A stretch of 62,980 nucleotides of DNA, filler included, from Craspedostauros australis (lineage: Eukaryota): assembly GCA_030167865.1 (NCBI GenBank). It is 6 parts of 6 records of this genome, joined end to end, with 100 filler letters (N's around TTAATTAATTAA, not from the genome) between each part and the next. Parts side by side here need not be neighbours in the genome. Positions count along the whole stretch, not along the records: positions 1 to 23,706 come from JALAGF010005926.1; 5 more parts are not named here. One strand, given 5' to 3'. Positions within the stretch are counted from its first letter, which is position 1; every line of letters begins with the position of its first letter. This document shows, piece by piece, positions 1-11,614 of this stretch. The notes beneath the pieces are model-generated. The model had not been told where the DNA came from. It saw nothing but the letters and a program-made list of their open reading frames with translations, and made no database searches. The translations under genes were made by a program, and so were the position numbers.

Positions 1-49
1 CAAAACAGGACAGAACGATCCATTCACTCACTCCGTCAGACGAGACAAC

Positions 50-3000
50 ATGAATAGCACACACTTATCGCCGACGTTGCATGCCGCGAGACACAACATT
101 CCTACCTCCAAGGTCGAAGCTCTCTCCATTCAACTTGCACCAGACGAGACAACGAAGAGCAAGGAGGCACTCCCATCAACAACATCGACAACAACAGCAA
201 CATCGTCAAAAGACAGCACGGTCACCATGGAACATGCGGAGCTCCCGTTCCGTCAGGTGGGCTTGATCGGAAGGGACAAGGAGCTTCGAATCCTTGAGAA
301 CGCTTTCCGAACCACCTGCGCGCAAAGCAAGAGACACTCCGTGCTTGGCATCAACAACCGCAGCACAATCCATCCAACCCTCCACTCTGGCGAACTCCAG
401 GCGCCATCCTCACCCAAGGATGTGGTCAACAAGCATCAGCCGACGTCCGCAGAAGGCACATCTTCGAAGAGGACGCTCGTGCTCATCTCAGGACATTCCG
501 GCGGTGGAAAGACGGCACTCGCCATGCAGGTCAAGCGCTTCGCCTCCGTCCAAGACAGCGATCCACATCAACCACCATTCCATGGCTTCGCCGTGACTGG
601 CAAATGCGAGATCTCCAAGATGAATGCCGAGCAACCGTACGCCGGCATCAAACCGGCATTGATGGAGCTCTGCAAACAGATCCTCAGCCTGGAGCCTGGT
701 GAGGCTGATACTCCAGTCGATATCATCGACACTCCTCTGAACAAGGTTTCAGCAGCTGACTTGGCATTCCGAACACAAGAATCCGCAGCCGCCACTGTAT
801 CGTCGGCATCATCGACGTCATCATCATCGACATCATCGGCATCGTTGTTGAGCGCGACAGAAGGGGGATCGCACACAGCAACTACTGTCGGTACAAGCGC
901 GAAGGAGGGAAGCCAACAGTTAGGTCTCCCAACACCAACACCCTCCTTCAGCGAGGATCCTAGACAACTCTCCGCCCTGCGAAAGCTGTTGAGGCGAGGC
1001 ATGACGAAGGGAGAGGTCCAGGCACTGTCGAACATCATCCCGGATCTCCCACGTGTCGTCTTCGGCGACGCCCACATGAACGCCAGCGTCAACTTCCACG
1101 ACGACGCCTCCGTCATGAGCGCATCGACGAACTGGTCAGGCACGCAATGCACAGCTCGGGCGAAGAGCCATCGCATCGGATACCGCGCCCACGGCGACCG
1201 ACTCAAGTTCGCTCTGCGGAAGCTCATTCAGATCATCTGCAACTACTGCCCCCTCGTCTTCGTCATCGACGATCTGCAATGGGCAGACAAGGCATCGCTC
1301 GACATCGTGAAATCATGGATGCTGGACAACAAGAACTCATCGCTCATGATCATCGGGTGCTACCGATCCAACCTTCTGGAAGAGAACGATGTTCTCAAGA
1401 CCACGCTGACATCATTGGATGAATCCAAGCGGGAGCGTGCCCTCCGCATCGTCAAGCTTCCTGTCCAGGACTTGGAGGTGCATCACGTCAACGAGATGCT
1501 GTGTCGGCTGTTGACTGTGTCAACGGGTGACAGCACACGCAATGTACAAGGCAGTGGCGCTGACGCCGACGCCGACGCCGAAACTGACATGAGCCACCTG
1601 TCCAAGGTTGCAGAGGAGCTTGCTGATGTGGTACATCAAAAGACGGCTGGAAATCCCTTCTTCGTCCAGCGATTCCTTCAGTCCTTGGTTGACGAAGGCC
1701 TGCTCAAGTACAACGGGTCGAAGCAATCGTCACCGCCACCACCATCCAACACCAAGAGCAGCAGACTCACTTGGGCATGGTCATGGGACGATGCAGAGAT
1801 ACGGGCCAAGTCACCATCCACGAGCAGCATCATCGAGCTCATGAAGGACAAGCTGCATCAGGTGCGCAATGCTCGCCAGATCTTACCTATCGCAGCATGT
1901 CTGGGTGCATCTTTCTCACACTCGACCATCGGCATCGTGATGCGCGGTCTGTCCATCCATTCCGCCCATTCCGCGTTCGTTCGTACGCTATTTGGCATCA
2001 CCCACATCGTTTCCACCAACGATATTGAGGAGATGCTGCAAACATGCGAGCAGGAAGGTCTCATCGAGACATCCGTGGGCATCGCCGGCACATCGAGGCT
2101 TTCCGCCAAGTCAGGTAGAAAAGCGTTGAGCAGAACGCGCAGCAAGATGAAGACTCAGAAGAAAAAGAGGAGGGCGAAGCCATCGACCATCTACAACTTC
2201 AGCCATGACAAGGTCCAAGAGGCGGCATTGGACATGGTGGACGAGGAGCAGTTGTCCGAGCTGAAGTACCGAGTCGGCGAGATCCTGCTGTTCGGTCTTT
2301 CCGAAGACGAGTTGAACGAGCGCATCTTCATGATCGCCAACCTCGTCAACACGAGGCTCGATCTCATCCCAGACATCAACAAGAGCGAACGCGGCAAGCG
2401 CGTCATGATGCTCAACTTCGGCGCCGGAATCAAGGCAGTGAGCTGCTCATCTTTCCACTTGGCGTCCCAATACTTCCGAACCGCCATCTATCTCCTTCCC
2501 GAAAATTGCTGGGAGACCATGCAGGAGGAGACATTGCAAGCCTACACCGCCGCGGCAGAGTGCGCCTTCGTCACGTTGGAGCTTGACCGGGCCCGCAAGT
2601 ACTGCAACATCATCATCGAGTCGAAGTGCGACATGGTGGACAAGATCAAAGCGTACGACACTCTCGTCGATGTGGAAATGGCGGATATGCACAACGATGG
2701 AGATAAATACACCGCCCTCAAGCTCTGCACCCATGTGCTTGCCCAGCTTGGATACAAGTTGCCAAAGCCTGGAATCGGGCGCACGGTGCACACTATCGTT
2801 CGCTTGCTGATGCTGAAGCGCATGAGACGCTGGTTGACGCCGAAAATGATCGCCGACATGCCTCTGATCACGAACAGGAAAGAAGAGGCCGTCATGGCGA
2901 TGATGTCGAAAATGATAACGATCTGCTTCCTCACCAAGCCGGAGCTCATCCCTTTCGTTTCGCTGCAAATCGTCGACCTCACGTTCAAGTACGGTGCTTC

Positions 3001-4060
3001 CGAGTATTCTCCGGGCGCCTTCATGCGTCTGGGAGTGTTGGCAGGAATTGTGATTGGAGATGCCAAGACACGACGGGTCCTGGGGCAGAGGGCCTTGGAA
3101 CTCATGGCGAGGATGGACCATCCCATCTCAGAAGGTGTCTTCCGCGTCCAGTACTACGCGAGGGTGCAGCACCACCTGGGTCCCCTCGAAGACATGGCGG
3201 AGCCGTTTATGGATCTATACCGTCTGGGAATGTCTGTTGGCGACGTAGACAGGGCGCTTTGGAGCGCCACGTCCGGCATGTCAGTGCATATTCATATCGG
3301 CACCACCCTGCCACAGCTCGATTCTGACCTCGCGACATTGGCAAGGGTGGCGACAGATTTCCACCAGGTCCTCCAGACAGCCTTTCTGAAGATCTCCTGG
3401 CAAAAGGTTCTGAACCTGCGCGGAGTATCGCAGCACCGCATCCTCCACATCGGCGACGCCTTCAATGAAGAAAGCGAAATGGAGGGACTCGGTGACAAAG
3501 TCAAGGGCCTCCTCCAGAGCATGACCGACTCCTCCAAGGTATTCTGCTGCGCATTCTTCGGCGAATACGAGCTCGGCGCCAAGATCTCGTGCGACATGAT
3601 CTTTCAGCTGATGAAGGAAATTCCGGGCTCTCTGGGCTTACCGTCGGCGTTCTTCCACGCGGCAATCTGCTTCTTCGCCGCATCACACTCCAAGACGGCC
3701 AATTCGAAGTACTACAAGGTGGGGAAGAAATGCCTGCAGCAGCTGAAGCGATGGGAAGCACAGGGCAATCCCAACTGCCGCCACTACATCCTGACGCTGA
3801 AGGCGGAACAGCAGTTCTTGCGTGGCAAGCATTGTGAGGCAATGACGTTGTACAAGGAGGCCATCAAGGTGTTTGCCCGTCATGGGTACATCCATGATCA
3901 AGGTCTTGCACATGAGCGATTGGGGGACTGTTGCATGGCCTGTGGGCGTGAAGCAGAAGCGAAAGAGTACTACAAGGAGTCGATGAAGGCCTATGACGAA
4001 TGGGGTTCGATGGGGAAGGTCGACGATCTGAACAGCAAAGTGGAAGGCATCGAGGGTTAG
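50..4060 (+). CDS. STAND-class AAA ATPase (AAA_16/COG3899-like) with C-terminal TPR-like helical repeats
   Basis: 1336-aa intronless ORF. GRDKEL pre-Walker motif, Walker A GHSGGGKT, Walker B VFVIDDLQWAD, KTAGNPFF and FSHDKVQEAA motifs, TPR-like end (GLAHERLG...AYDEWG). Confidence 0.85.
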   Translation: MNSTHLSPTLHAARHNIPTSKVEALSIQLAPDETTKSKEALPSTTSTTTATSSKDSTVTMEHAELPFRQVGLIGRDKELRILENAFRTTCAQSKRHSVLGINNRSTIHPTLHSGELQAPSSPKDVVNKHQPTSAEGTSSKRTLVLISGHSGGGKTALAMQVKRFASVQDSDPHQPPFHGFAVTGKCEISKMNAEQPYAGIKPALMELCKQILSLEPGEADTPVDIIDTPLNKVSAADLAFRTQESAAATVSSASSTSSSSTSSASLLSATEGGSHTATTVGTSAKEGSQQLGLPTPTPSFSEDPRQLSALRKLLRRGMTKGEVQALSNIIPDLPRVVFGDAHMNASVNFHDDASVMSASTNWSGTQCTARAKSHRIGYRAHGDRLKFALRKLIQIICNYCPLVFVIDDLQWADKASLDIVKSWMLDNKNSSLMIIGCYRSNLLEENDVLKTTLTSLDESKRERALRIVKLPVQDLEVHHVNEMLCRLLTVSTGDSTRNVQGSGADADADAETDMSHLSKVAEELADVVHQKTAGNPFFVQRFLQSLVDEGLLKYNGSKQSSPPPPSNTKSSRLTWAWSWDDAEIRAKSPSTSSIIELMKDKLHQVRNARQILPIAACLGASFSHSTIGIVMRGLSIHSAHSAFVRTLFGITHIVSTNDIEEMLQTCEQEGLIETSVGIAGTSRLSAKSGRKALSRTRSKMKTQKKKRRAKPSTIYNFSHDKVQEAALDMVDEEQLSELKYRVGEILLFGLSEDELNERIFMIANLVNTRLDLIPDINKSERGKRVMMLNFGAGIKAVSCSSFHLASQYFRTAIYLLPENCWETMQEETLQAYTAAAECAFVTLELDRARKYCNIIIESKCDMVDKIKAYDTLVDVEMADMHNDGDKYTALKLCTHVLAQLGYKLPKPGIGRTVHTIVRLLMLKRMRRWLTPKMIADMPLITNRKEEAVMAMMSKMITICFLTKPELIPFVSLQIVDLTFKYGASEYSPGAFMRLGVLAGIVIGDAKTRRVLGQRALELMARMDHPISEGVFRVQYYARVQHHLGPLEDMAEPFMDLYRLGMSVGDVDRALWSATSGMSVHIHIGTTLPQLDSDLATLARVATDFHQVLQTAFLKISWQKVLNLRGVSQHRILHIGDAFNEESEMEGLGDKVKGLLQSMTDSSKVFCCAFFGEYELGAKISCDMIFQLMKEIPGSLGLPSAFFHAAICFFAASHSKTANSKYYKVGKKCLQQLKRWEAQGNPNCRHYILTLKAEQQFLRGKHCEAMTLYKEAIKVFARHGYIHDQGLAHERLGDCCMACGREAEAKEYYKESMKAYDEWGSMGKVDDLNSKVEGIEG

Positions 4061-4354
4061 CACAGATGCGCGTACCAAGCACAGGAGAGTGAGGCAATAG
4101 CATAATGCCAATACTCTAGATCATCCCCTTGCCAATGTTGCCCCTCATACAAAGGTACCAAGACGTAACGAACTTTTCATGGAGCAAACGAGAATGACTG
4201 TATTACTTGGAAAGTCACATTATTGGAATGAAGGACCCTCGACCTTCTGCGATTGCTTTACTTCACTTCACTTCACTTTAACACAGGTACAGTTTATCCA
4301 ACTATGTATGGTACCATTTACGCGCCCATGCATGTACACGCCCATGCTCAATGT

Positions 4355-5644
4355 CTATTCCTTGGTCATGACGGCCTTGAACTTCTCATCGCTGAGCAGA
4401 AGGATACGCGGCTGCTCGAAGTTGATGTTGATGAGGTATCCCGTTCCGTCTTCCGCCTTCAAATGCGACGTGTGCGTGACCTGCTCGTTGAAGTACTCGC
4501 GCTTGCCCAGCAGCTCGCCGTCGTCGTCGAAGATCTCACGCGCTTCGTTGTTGGCACGCGTCTGGACGAGATCGATCTCGAAATGGTAGGCATCGGCGGC
4601 CGTGCCATTCTTGTTCATGATGGCGATGCGCACAGGCTGCGGTGGTTGGTCGTCCGAGATGTAGGTGTTGGAGAAGGACAGGGAGACCTCGGGATCGAGC
4701 AGGGCCTCGCTCAGCGACTCGCCGCGCATGAAGGCGGTGGAGATTTGTGTGTAAAAGAGGAAGGCCGAGACGACGAAGTTGCGCGTCATGATCTTCTCGG
4801 CCGTCGACGTGGGCACGGTGGAGTAGGCCGGGAAGAGGATCTTGTCGTCGTCAAAGACGTCGACGTTGTCGGCCAACCACGTGCTGCCTTGCGTGTCGTG
4901 GCCCAACCACGCCGTGCGTTCGCCGGATTTATCCTGATTGAGGGTGAAGACGTCGTAGAGCTGCGCCACCCATAGCTTGTCGTCGAGGACCTCGATGCCG
5001 GCCAGCACGTCGTAGCCCGTGCCGAACTCCTCGACCTTGGCGCACTTGTTGGTGAGATCGAGCTTGGCGGACCACACCTTGCCGTAGGCGGAGTTGGTGA
5101 AGGTGGTGCAGCAGCACGGCACGCAACGGCGGAAGGCGCCGCCTGCGACGTAGAGCTGCGTCTCGTCCTTGGGATCGATGCAGACGTCGTTGGGGGACGG
5201 CAGGTCTGGGATCTCCATGTCGGCAGGCACGGGGATGTCGCCGTCCATCTCGTCCAGCTGTTTGAGGTCGTAGATGAGGAGGCTGTTGCGGTTGAAGCTG
5301 CAGAGGATGAGCAGACCGTCGCTGGTGAGCGCGCTGCCGAAGATGGTGACGTCGGTGGTGCTGTCTCCGGAGCCGTTGTCGGGCGTGGCCAGCGGTCCCG
5401 CCACCAGCGTGGTCTTCTTCGAGACGGAGGGCTCGATGGAGTAGACGAAGCTGAGGAGGGTGCCGTTGCTCATCTTGCGCTGGCATGGGATGTACGCCAC
5501 GCCGGGCTTGTAGGCGCTGTTGTGGGCTGCGCTCTCCATGAAGATGGTGTCCTCAGGGAACTCGATGAATTCTCCACCCGCCTCTTCGTCGGACCATTGG
5601 AAGTAGTTGGGCGTGCCTGGGATTGGGGATGGGAGTGATGCCAT
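4355..5644 (-). CDS. Putative six-bladed beta-propeller protein (SMP-30/strictosidine synthase/paraoxonase-like)
   Basis: 429-aa ORF with strong GC3 codon bias. Blade-like motifs PSPNDVCIDP..LYVAG, LAGIEVLDDKLWVAQ and WLADNVDV. The family call is tentative. Confidence 0.6.
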   Translation of the reverse strand: MASLPSPIPGTPNYFQWSDEEAGGEFIEFPEDTIFMESAAHNSAYKPGVAYIPCQRKMSNGTLLSFVYSIEPSVSKKTTLVAGPLATPDNGSGDSTTDVTIFGSALTSDGLLILCSFNRNSLLIYDLKQLDEMDGDIPVPADMEIPDLPSPNDVCIDPKDETQLYVAGGAFRRCVPCCCTTFTNSAYGKVWSAKLDLTNKCAKVEEFGTGYDVLAGIEVLDDKLWVAQLYDVFTLNQDKSGERTAWLGHDTQGSTWLADNVDVFDDDKILFPAYSTVPTSTAEKIMTRNFVVSAFLFYTQISTAFMRGESLSEALLDPEVSLSFSNTYISDDQPPQPVRIAIMNKNGTAADAYHFEIDLVQTRANNEAREIFDDDGELLGKREYFNEQVTHTSHLKAEDGTGYLININFEQPRILLLSDEKFKAVMTKE

Positions 5645-6565
5645 GCTGATGGTGTGTGTTGGTAGTGCAATGGGGTAGAGTGGTATTATAGAATATTATG
5701 TACTCTGAATGTAATGTTACAGAATATTATTTTGTGAGTGCACAAGTGTCCAGCTGTGATTGTGGGCAATGTCGGTTGCGAACGGGTTCGATTGTGTGTA
5801 GTCGTACAACTGTTGGATGATCTATCGCAACTGCTCCGCTTGACGATGACACGGGCAATGGCCATGCACAAAGAATTGGCGATTTGGATCGCTTTCCTCC
5901 TCTCTCTGTGTTGATTGTGTTGTTCGCTCTGTGTGCTTTCGTGTGTCGGATTCATCGTGTTGTTTCCCCAACGCACGATTCCAAAAAGATTCTGGAAGGA
6001 GAAGGATCGCGGGTGTTCCAATCCCGTTCTTGCTTCGTCAGTCACGACATTGAAAACGGAGAAAACGCTCAGAGTGCGTACAATGCATATTTCACCGCAT
6101 TCCCAACATACGATTCGATCGACTGCGGCTTGGGTTGTTCATCGTGGTGCGTCAAGTATGCAAATTAACGGACATTCGGTCTCTGATGGCGATCATGTGA
6201 CGCCAACACAAGAGACATCGGACGCGGACGTTCTTCTCTGTGCGGTTTTCGGGACTGCCAAGCATCCCCAACAAAACTCTTCGTCATCATTTGTGCGCTG
6301 AAGCCATTCACGGTTGCCCAAAAATGACTGTGCGAATTTGGACAAAGCCAGACACGATTCGTCGCGGAATTGTGAATGGAAGAAATTGCATGTCGGATTG
6401 AATCGTGAAGCCGACGACCAAGTAGACCGGCTGGGTCCTCAGGCGTGACAGATAGCAGGCATGGAGAGGACTTGGCGGAGGCGACAATAACGCCGGTCGC
6501 GTAGTCGCAGAAGCAATAGCTCAAGAGATTGTAAATCGCAGGTGCATGAGGAACATCACTCGCTG

Positions 6566-6609
<44 letters not shown>
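6566..6609. repeat. (TCTA)n microsatellite, about 11 units
   Basis: Direct reading of the sequence. Confidence 0.95.
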
Positions 6610-8217
6610 CTCCATGTACGTGTATGTACCTATGCTGATCTATTGGATGTGGGTAATGACGCTGCGGGCAAAGAAGAATGCCAATGGTATCAACATGAAC
6701 ATGCACATGAAAATGATTATCAACATCAACGCCAACGCCAACGCCAACTGTGGCATGGAAGGTGCTCGAGCTGCGCGACTGCCATCAAGAGTAGAGCAAA
6801 CGCAGGCAAGCTATGTAGGAATGTAGAGGCTGCGAATCTTGGTTGGACTAAGCCGTCCGTATCCTGCTTTGCCACCAGCGGCTTGGTCTGAGTTGCAGGG
6901 CATTCGTGACAAATCAGCGCAGATTGGGTCTGCTGCTGGAGTATATATATACTATCGATGGCCGACAGCAGGGTGTCAATACGGTACGGAGAGACCGTCG
7001 GTGTGCCGAGGGCGGCAAGCACCGAGCGGGATAGATCCTAGGAACCAAGGGTCAAGCCCGGAGAAGGTTGGATGCGGACGAGTTGTCGAGGCCAACCGAA
7101 GGCAACCGAAGGAAGATAGCCACTAGCACGAAGCGATCGAAAGGCAGCAAGGGGCAACAAAGCAACTCCTCTGACTCCACTGCAAGAGACGAGCGGGATG
7201 CGAGCAGCGATGCCAACGATCGCCAACCTCAGATTACAGAACGTCAGATGCCATGCTGGGTGACAACTTCGGCCCGGTCCAGTTCTCGTCGATGATGTCA
7301 GCTGATGATCAGAACCAAGAACGCAGTCAGATCCAAACAAGTGTGACAGCCGTTGACCCAATATGACACCGTGAACATAGCGGACGCATGCTCGTGCGAA
7401 TCGAGGAAAGAGGCTCAACAAGCAGCATGCTTCAACAGCCGCAGAGTGTGACGACGTGCAGTGATAAATGAAATGGCGTCATCTTCACACAGGTATTTCG
7501 CTTGGGCGATCGGGGTTTTGCTCTTCCACAACTAAGAGGATCGACAGAGCTACATACGCAAGAAACCAATGCAATGAAGGCTCTTCACTCGCCATGCAGC
7601 ATGGAATCACACATAACAGTAGAATCTTTGCAAGGAGCTCAGAGTATCCTGGATTTTCATTGCCAACGGTTTGTGTGCTCAGAAACAAGAGTCGGCTCTC
7701 GCCTAACGCTGCCTGGAATGTGTACTAATTTCTTCATTTCTCTACGAGTATGACTATACTGCATCGTTCCTCGTCAATACAGAATGCAGCGGTGTACTTG
7801 AGCAAACAGTCTCATTGAAGTTTCCCAAACGATACGCTTCCGTACGAGTGCCTGTCTCCAACCTTGTGCAGCCTTGGTCGTTGTTTTGGATGCATTACGC
7901 GTGGGCGTGGTCGTCATCGCGTGTAGAGTGATACTATTTTCCTTATTCCGGATCGTCCAACGCTCTCAATTCCACGTACTCCGCACTTCTCTATTTCACA
8001 ACCGAGCACACACAGATCTGGTGACAACAGCGCAGCGCAGAGCACTCTACTCGTACGAGTAGAGCATTCCAAGCAGATATTCGAAGCGTACTCAATTCAT
8101 ATGACAGTGCATAGAGGTCTGAGTAGAATTCATATTATACTATGCGTATATGCAAAAGTACAGCCAAATGTCGTTCATTCCATTCGTACAATTCATCCTT
8201 GGCCACAGTCGTCGTGC

Positions 8218-9138
8218 TCATATCACGCTGAAGAGTTCAAAGTCGTTGATGTCCACAGCAAGCTCACTATCATCAACTTCGTGGAAGTTCATGGAGTCGT
8301 CAAAGCACGCCCATGTCTTTGCCTTTTCGATGTCGCATTCCACGACATCAAGCTGCAATTTGGGAATGCAGTCCGTGTCATTGGCTGGTGACTGCGCCAT
8401 GGTGTTGTTCTCGGAGCTGGAGGTTTGTTGCGAAGCCGCTGAAGATCGCAACGGCTGTGCAGCTTTTCCCGCTGGCGAAGTGGAATTTTGCAAAGACTGT
8501 GCTCTTCCACCCACGGTTTGTATCGAATGACTTCCATCATCGGATGTGTGGTCATGATCCGAAACTATCCTGACAAGGCTTGTCTGTGTGGAAGATCCGG
8601 GGATGATGTCCTGGGTCTGAGAGAACGTGGGAACTGCTTGGGTCTCCTGGGATGGAATTCTGTGAACAGCCTCGCTTCGGCTGTCCGCGTTCGCACCGGA
8701 CAACCCGCTGAGTTGAATTGCAGACGAACGGATTTCGGCCAGCTGCGTTTCTGTGAGGGCCTGCTGCATTGCCCGTCGGCGTTTGACGCGGAGCTGCGTG
8801 CTGGACTTGTAGTTTGAAGACAGAGCGTCACGGATCATGCAGCCGACCTTGGTCCTGGCCGCGTTTTCGTTCATCTCGTACCACCGACCGTCGTGGAACT
8901 TGACGAAAGGCGCGGGGCCGACATTGGACGCCTTCACCATCTCGATGATGTCGGTGACGATTCCCGTCTTTTGCTGCTTGTTGGATGCGGACAAGTAGGC
9001 ATTGCGGTGCATTTCGATGACGCAAGCCAGGCGTCTGTTGCCAGTGGCGGAGTTGCACCGCTTGCCTTTGCCAATCAGGATTGTGTGCGGATATGGAGTG
9101 TAGGTCGCTGGCAGGACTCTTGTAGTGTTGATCATCAT
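8218..9138 (-). CDS. DUF6824-domain protein (diatom-expanded putative regulator)
   Basis: Family motif series ILIGKGKRCNSATGNRRL...Y...KQQKTGIVTDII...FVKFHDGRWYEMNENAARTKVGCMIRDAL..YKSS, followed by a disordered tail. Confidence 0.85.
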   Translation of the reverse strand: MMINTTRVLPATYTPYPHTILIGKGKRCNSATGNRRLACVIEMHRNAYLSASNKQQKTGIVTDIIEMVKASNVGPAPFVKFHDGRWYEMNENAARTKVGCMIRDALSSNYKSSTQLRVKRRRAMQQALTETQLAEIRSSAIQLSGLSGANADSRSEAVHRIPSQETQAVPTFSQTQDIIPGSSTQTSLVRIVSDHDHTSDDGSHSIQTVGGRAQSLQNSTSPAGKAAQPLRSSAASQQTSSSENNTMAQSPANDTDCIPKLQLDVVECDIEKAKTWACFDDSMNFHEVDDSELAVDINDFELFSVI

Positions 9139-9350
9139 GATCGCTGTTCTGGTTCGTATTTGCTGTTTGCTCTTGTGCGTTGTCGTTTGGTCGCCGTTGT
9201 TGGTTGCTGTTACTAGTGGCGGGGTGGGTGGGGTTGCAGGGTGCTTGCTTCAGGAAGACCGAGCTTGAAGATGATGAGGGTTGGAATATTGTAGGGTTGA
9301 TCGGGGCTGATGTGATACGGGAAAAGATGAATGCGTCTCTGTTGTTGTCG

Positions 9351-9381
<31 letters not shown>

Positions 9382-11614
9382 TGATGCTGCTGCTGCTGTT
9401 GGAGCGTATTTATTGTGTATCTGCACTTGCCTGTACTTGCACTGTGGTTTCTGTTAGGTGGTTGACTGGTTAGCTGGTTGGCTGGTTGACTGGTTGTGCA
9501 GGTTTGTTACCCGAGCGTTGGAATTGAAAACAGAGTGCTGGACTCGTACGAACACACGCACGAACACGTGAATGTATTGGCATGGCATGGTTTCGGTATG
9601 CTTCGAGTATGGCGGAGGAATGGTCGGAGACGCTATTGGTTGCCTTCCGAGCATTTCCCCTAGCGTGAGCTTGGCCGCGCCACGTGCACGACTTTGCATA
9701 CAACACGCTGGGTATTCACGCGAGGGCTTGAGTTAACGGTTTTGCTGCAGCTGTAGCTCGCGCAGCATCTATCGGGGTTTGGGGTGACACAGACGCGAAG
9801 ATTAATCAATCTCCAGTGTTCCGACTGTTGATGCAAGCTTATGGTTCCAACGAAGGGCGTATCCAGTCAAGGCATCACTTAACCGTTTGTTGCGTCACGC
9901 TGTGTACTATATGATAGAATCACAGATGACCGGTATGTTGCGACAAAGCGACCTCGTACGACCAACGCGCTGTCTGCTTGGGTTCCAGCAAGCAGCGGTT
10001 AACACCCATAATTATGACAGGGTTAGACATTTCCGTCGAACACAAGAAATGCCATCTTTATTTATTGAGTCTGCATTCGCTCACAACAAATGTGTTCCGT
10101 GATCTTCGTTGAAGAACCCGTCGACAAGTACAAATATCAACCAGATATGGTTACTTTGGTCGTAGTACTCAGAGGAGTTTTGGTACGATCCCGTCTTGAT
10201 TCAAGGTTTGGCTGGTGACAAATTCATGCAGACTCGTGATTTTTGGACAACACACAACCGTGATTCGCAAAAGCAGAATTAAGGATACCGAGAACGACGG
10301 AGATCGGATACCGCTGGCTCCCTTACCTCTCTCCACTCTTCCGCGCTTGCGCCTACGTCTGCTTGGTCGATAGAGCTTTGGGATCCTTGGCTGGCTGTTG
10401 GCTGCAAGAGTTGTATGGAGTTTTGGATGATCTGCGTCACACAGAACCACAAAACCAGAGACCACTATTCACAATTGAGACATCATCGCTCCCAATGTGC
10501 CTTCCCCGACAGTGCCTTGCTCCGTGCAGAGGCGCAGCAGCACAAAATTCTTCACCCTTTCCTCTCCAATCGACTTCAAGCAGAGCTGGTGGAGGCTGCA
10601 CAACCGTCGGAAGCAGTTGCTATTGGACACGAGTGCTGTGCTTTCGACGCAGGCAGTATGGAACTGTGATACGAGCACGAACAGAGCAGGTCACCGATAG
10701 CACGGATAACAGGACATCAATCAAGGTTGCTCATGTGAGTTCTGCTCGAGATGTTCTGTCGCAAGCAGGTTTGAACATCACTGTGAGCTCTTGCGGTCTC
10801 TCTCTCTCTCTCTCTCTCTCTTGCTGGAGAGAGGAGCGCATTGCACTTGTGTCCGCAATACAGCTCAAGCAGGTTCATTGGATGCAGCGCAAAAGTCATG
10901 TTCCTCGTTTTGTTCCAGCATCATCTGCTAGATACTGCGTCAAGATGAGTGAGCCCGCCCAGCGGCGCTGAGAACTCACAGAATGGATTGTTCACATCAA
11001 GCTATTGCATTGCTCAACAAGCAATATATCTTCAACAGAGGTGGCAGAACCGCCAATCTACCCTCTCGCTCTCTTGCTTTCTTTGGTTTATTGATTTCAT
11101 TGTTGGATCTAGCCACGCGGCGTTCGTGCCACCCTGTTGTGATCCATTTGGGCGACGCTCTTGCTCACCTCGCTCCAGACCTTCGGTGTTCCTTCACAAC
11201 AGCGATGACAAATAATACACACACAACTTGTAACGTGGCTGTCATCCACTGTGCCCCTATTTGGAGCGGAATGAAAGTTGCGATTGACCATGTGTGATGC
11301 CATCTCATGATCTGACTTCTCATGCCCAGCGTGTCTCCGATTCCTCTGTCGAGCTATGCGACCGCATGAAGCGAGTTTGCTCCAGCCACTCAGCTCCTGC
11401 AGGCCTGACAACTATAGCAATAGGGTGAAGTGGTCAAGTGCCATTGATTCAGCATATTCGCAGAATATAACTAGACGAACGCGTTTTTCATTCTATTGCG
11501 AGTCTGCATGCGTGCGTTTGTATCTTGGGCAGCAGGATTGCTGCATCGTGCGCATCCGATAGAAGGTATGGAGTACGCTGCTCAACTCACATTTGTCTCT
11601 GTCTATGACAACAC

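Noticed and set aside
4253..4975. Antisense ORFs over high-GC3 genes (also 47282-48172 and 54562-55488)
   Set aside because: These are typical codon-bias shadows of the real opposite-strand genes.
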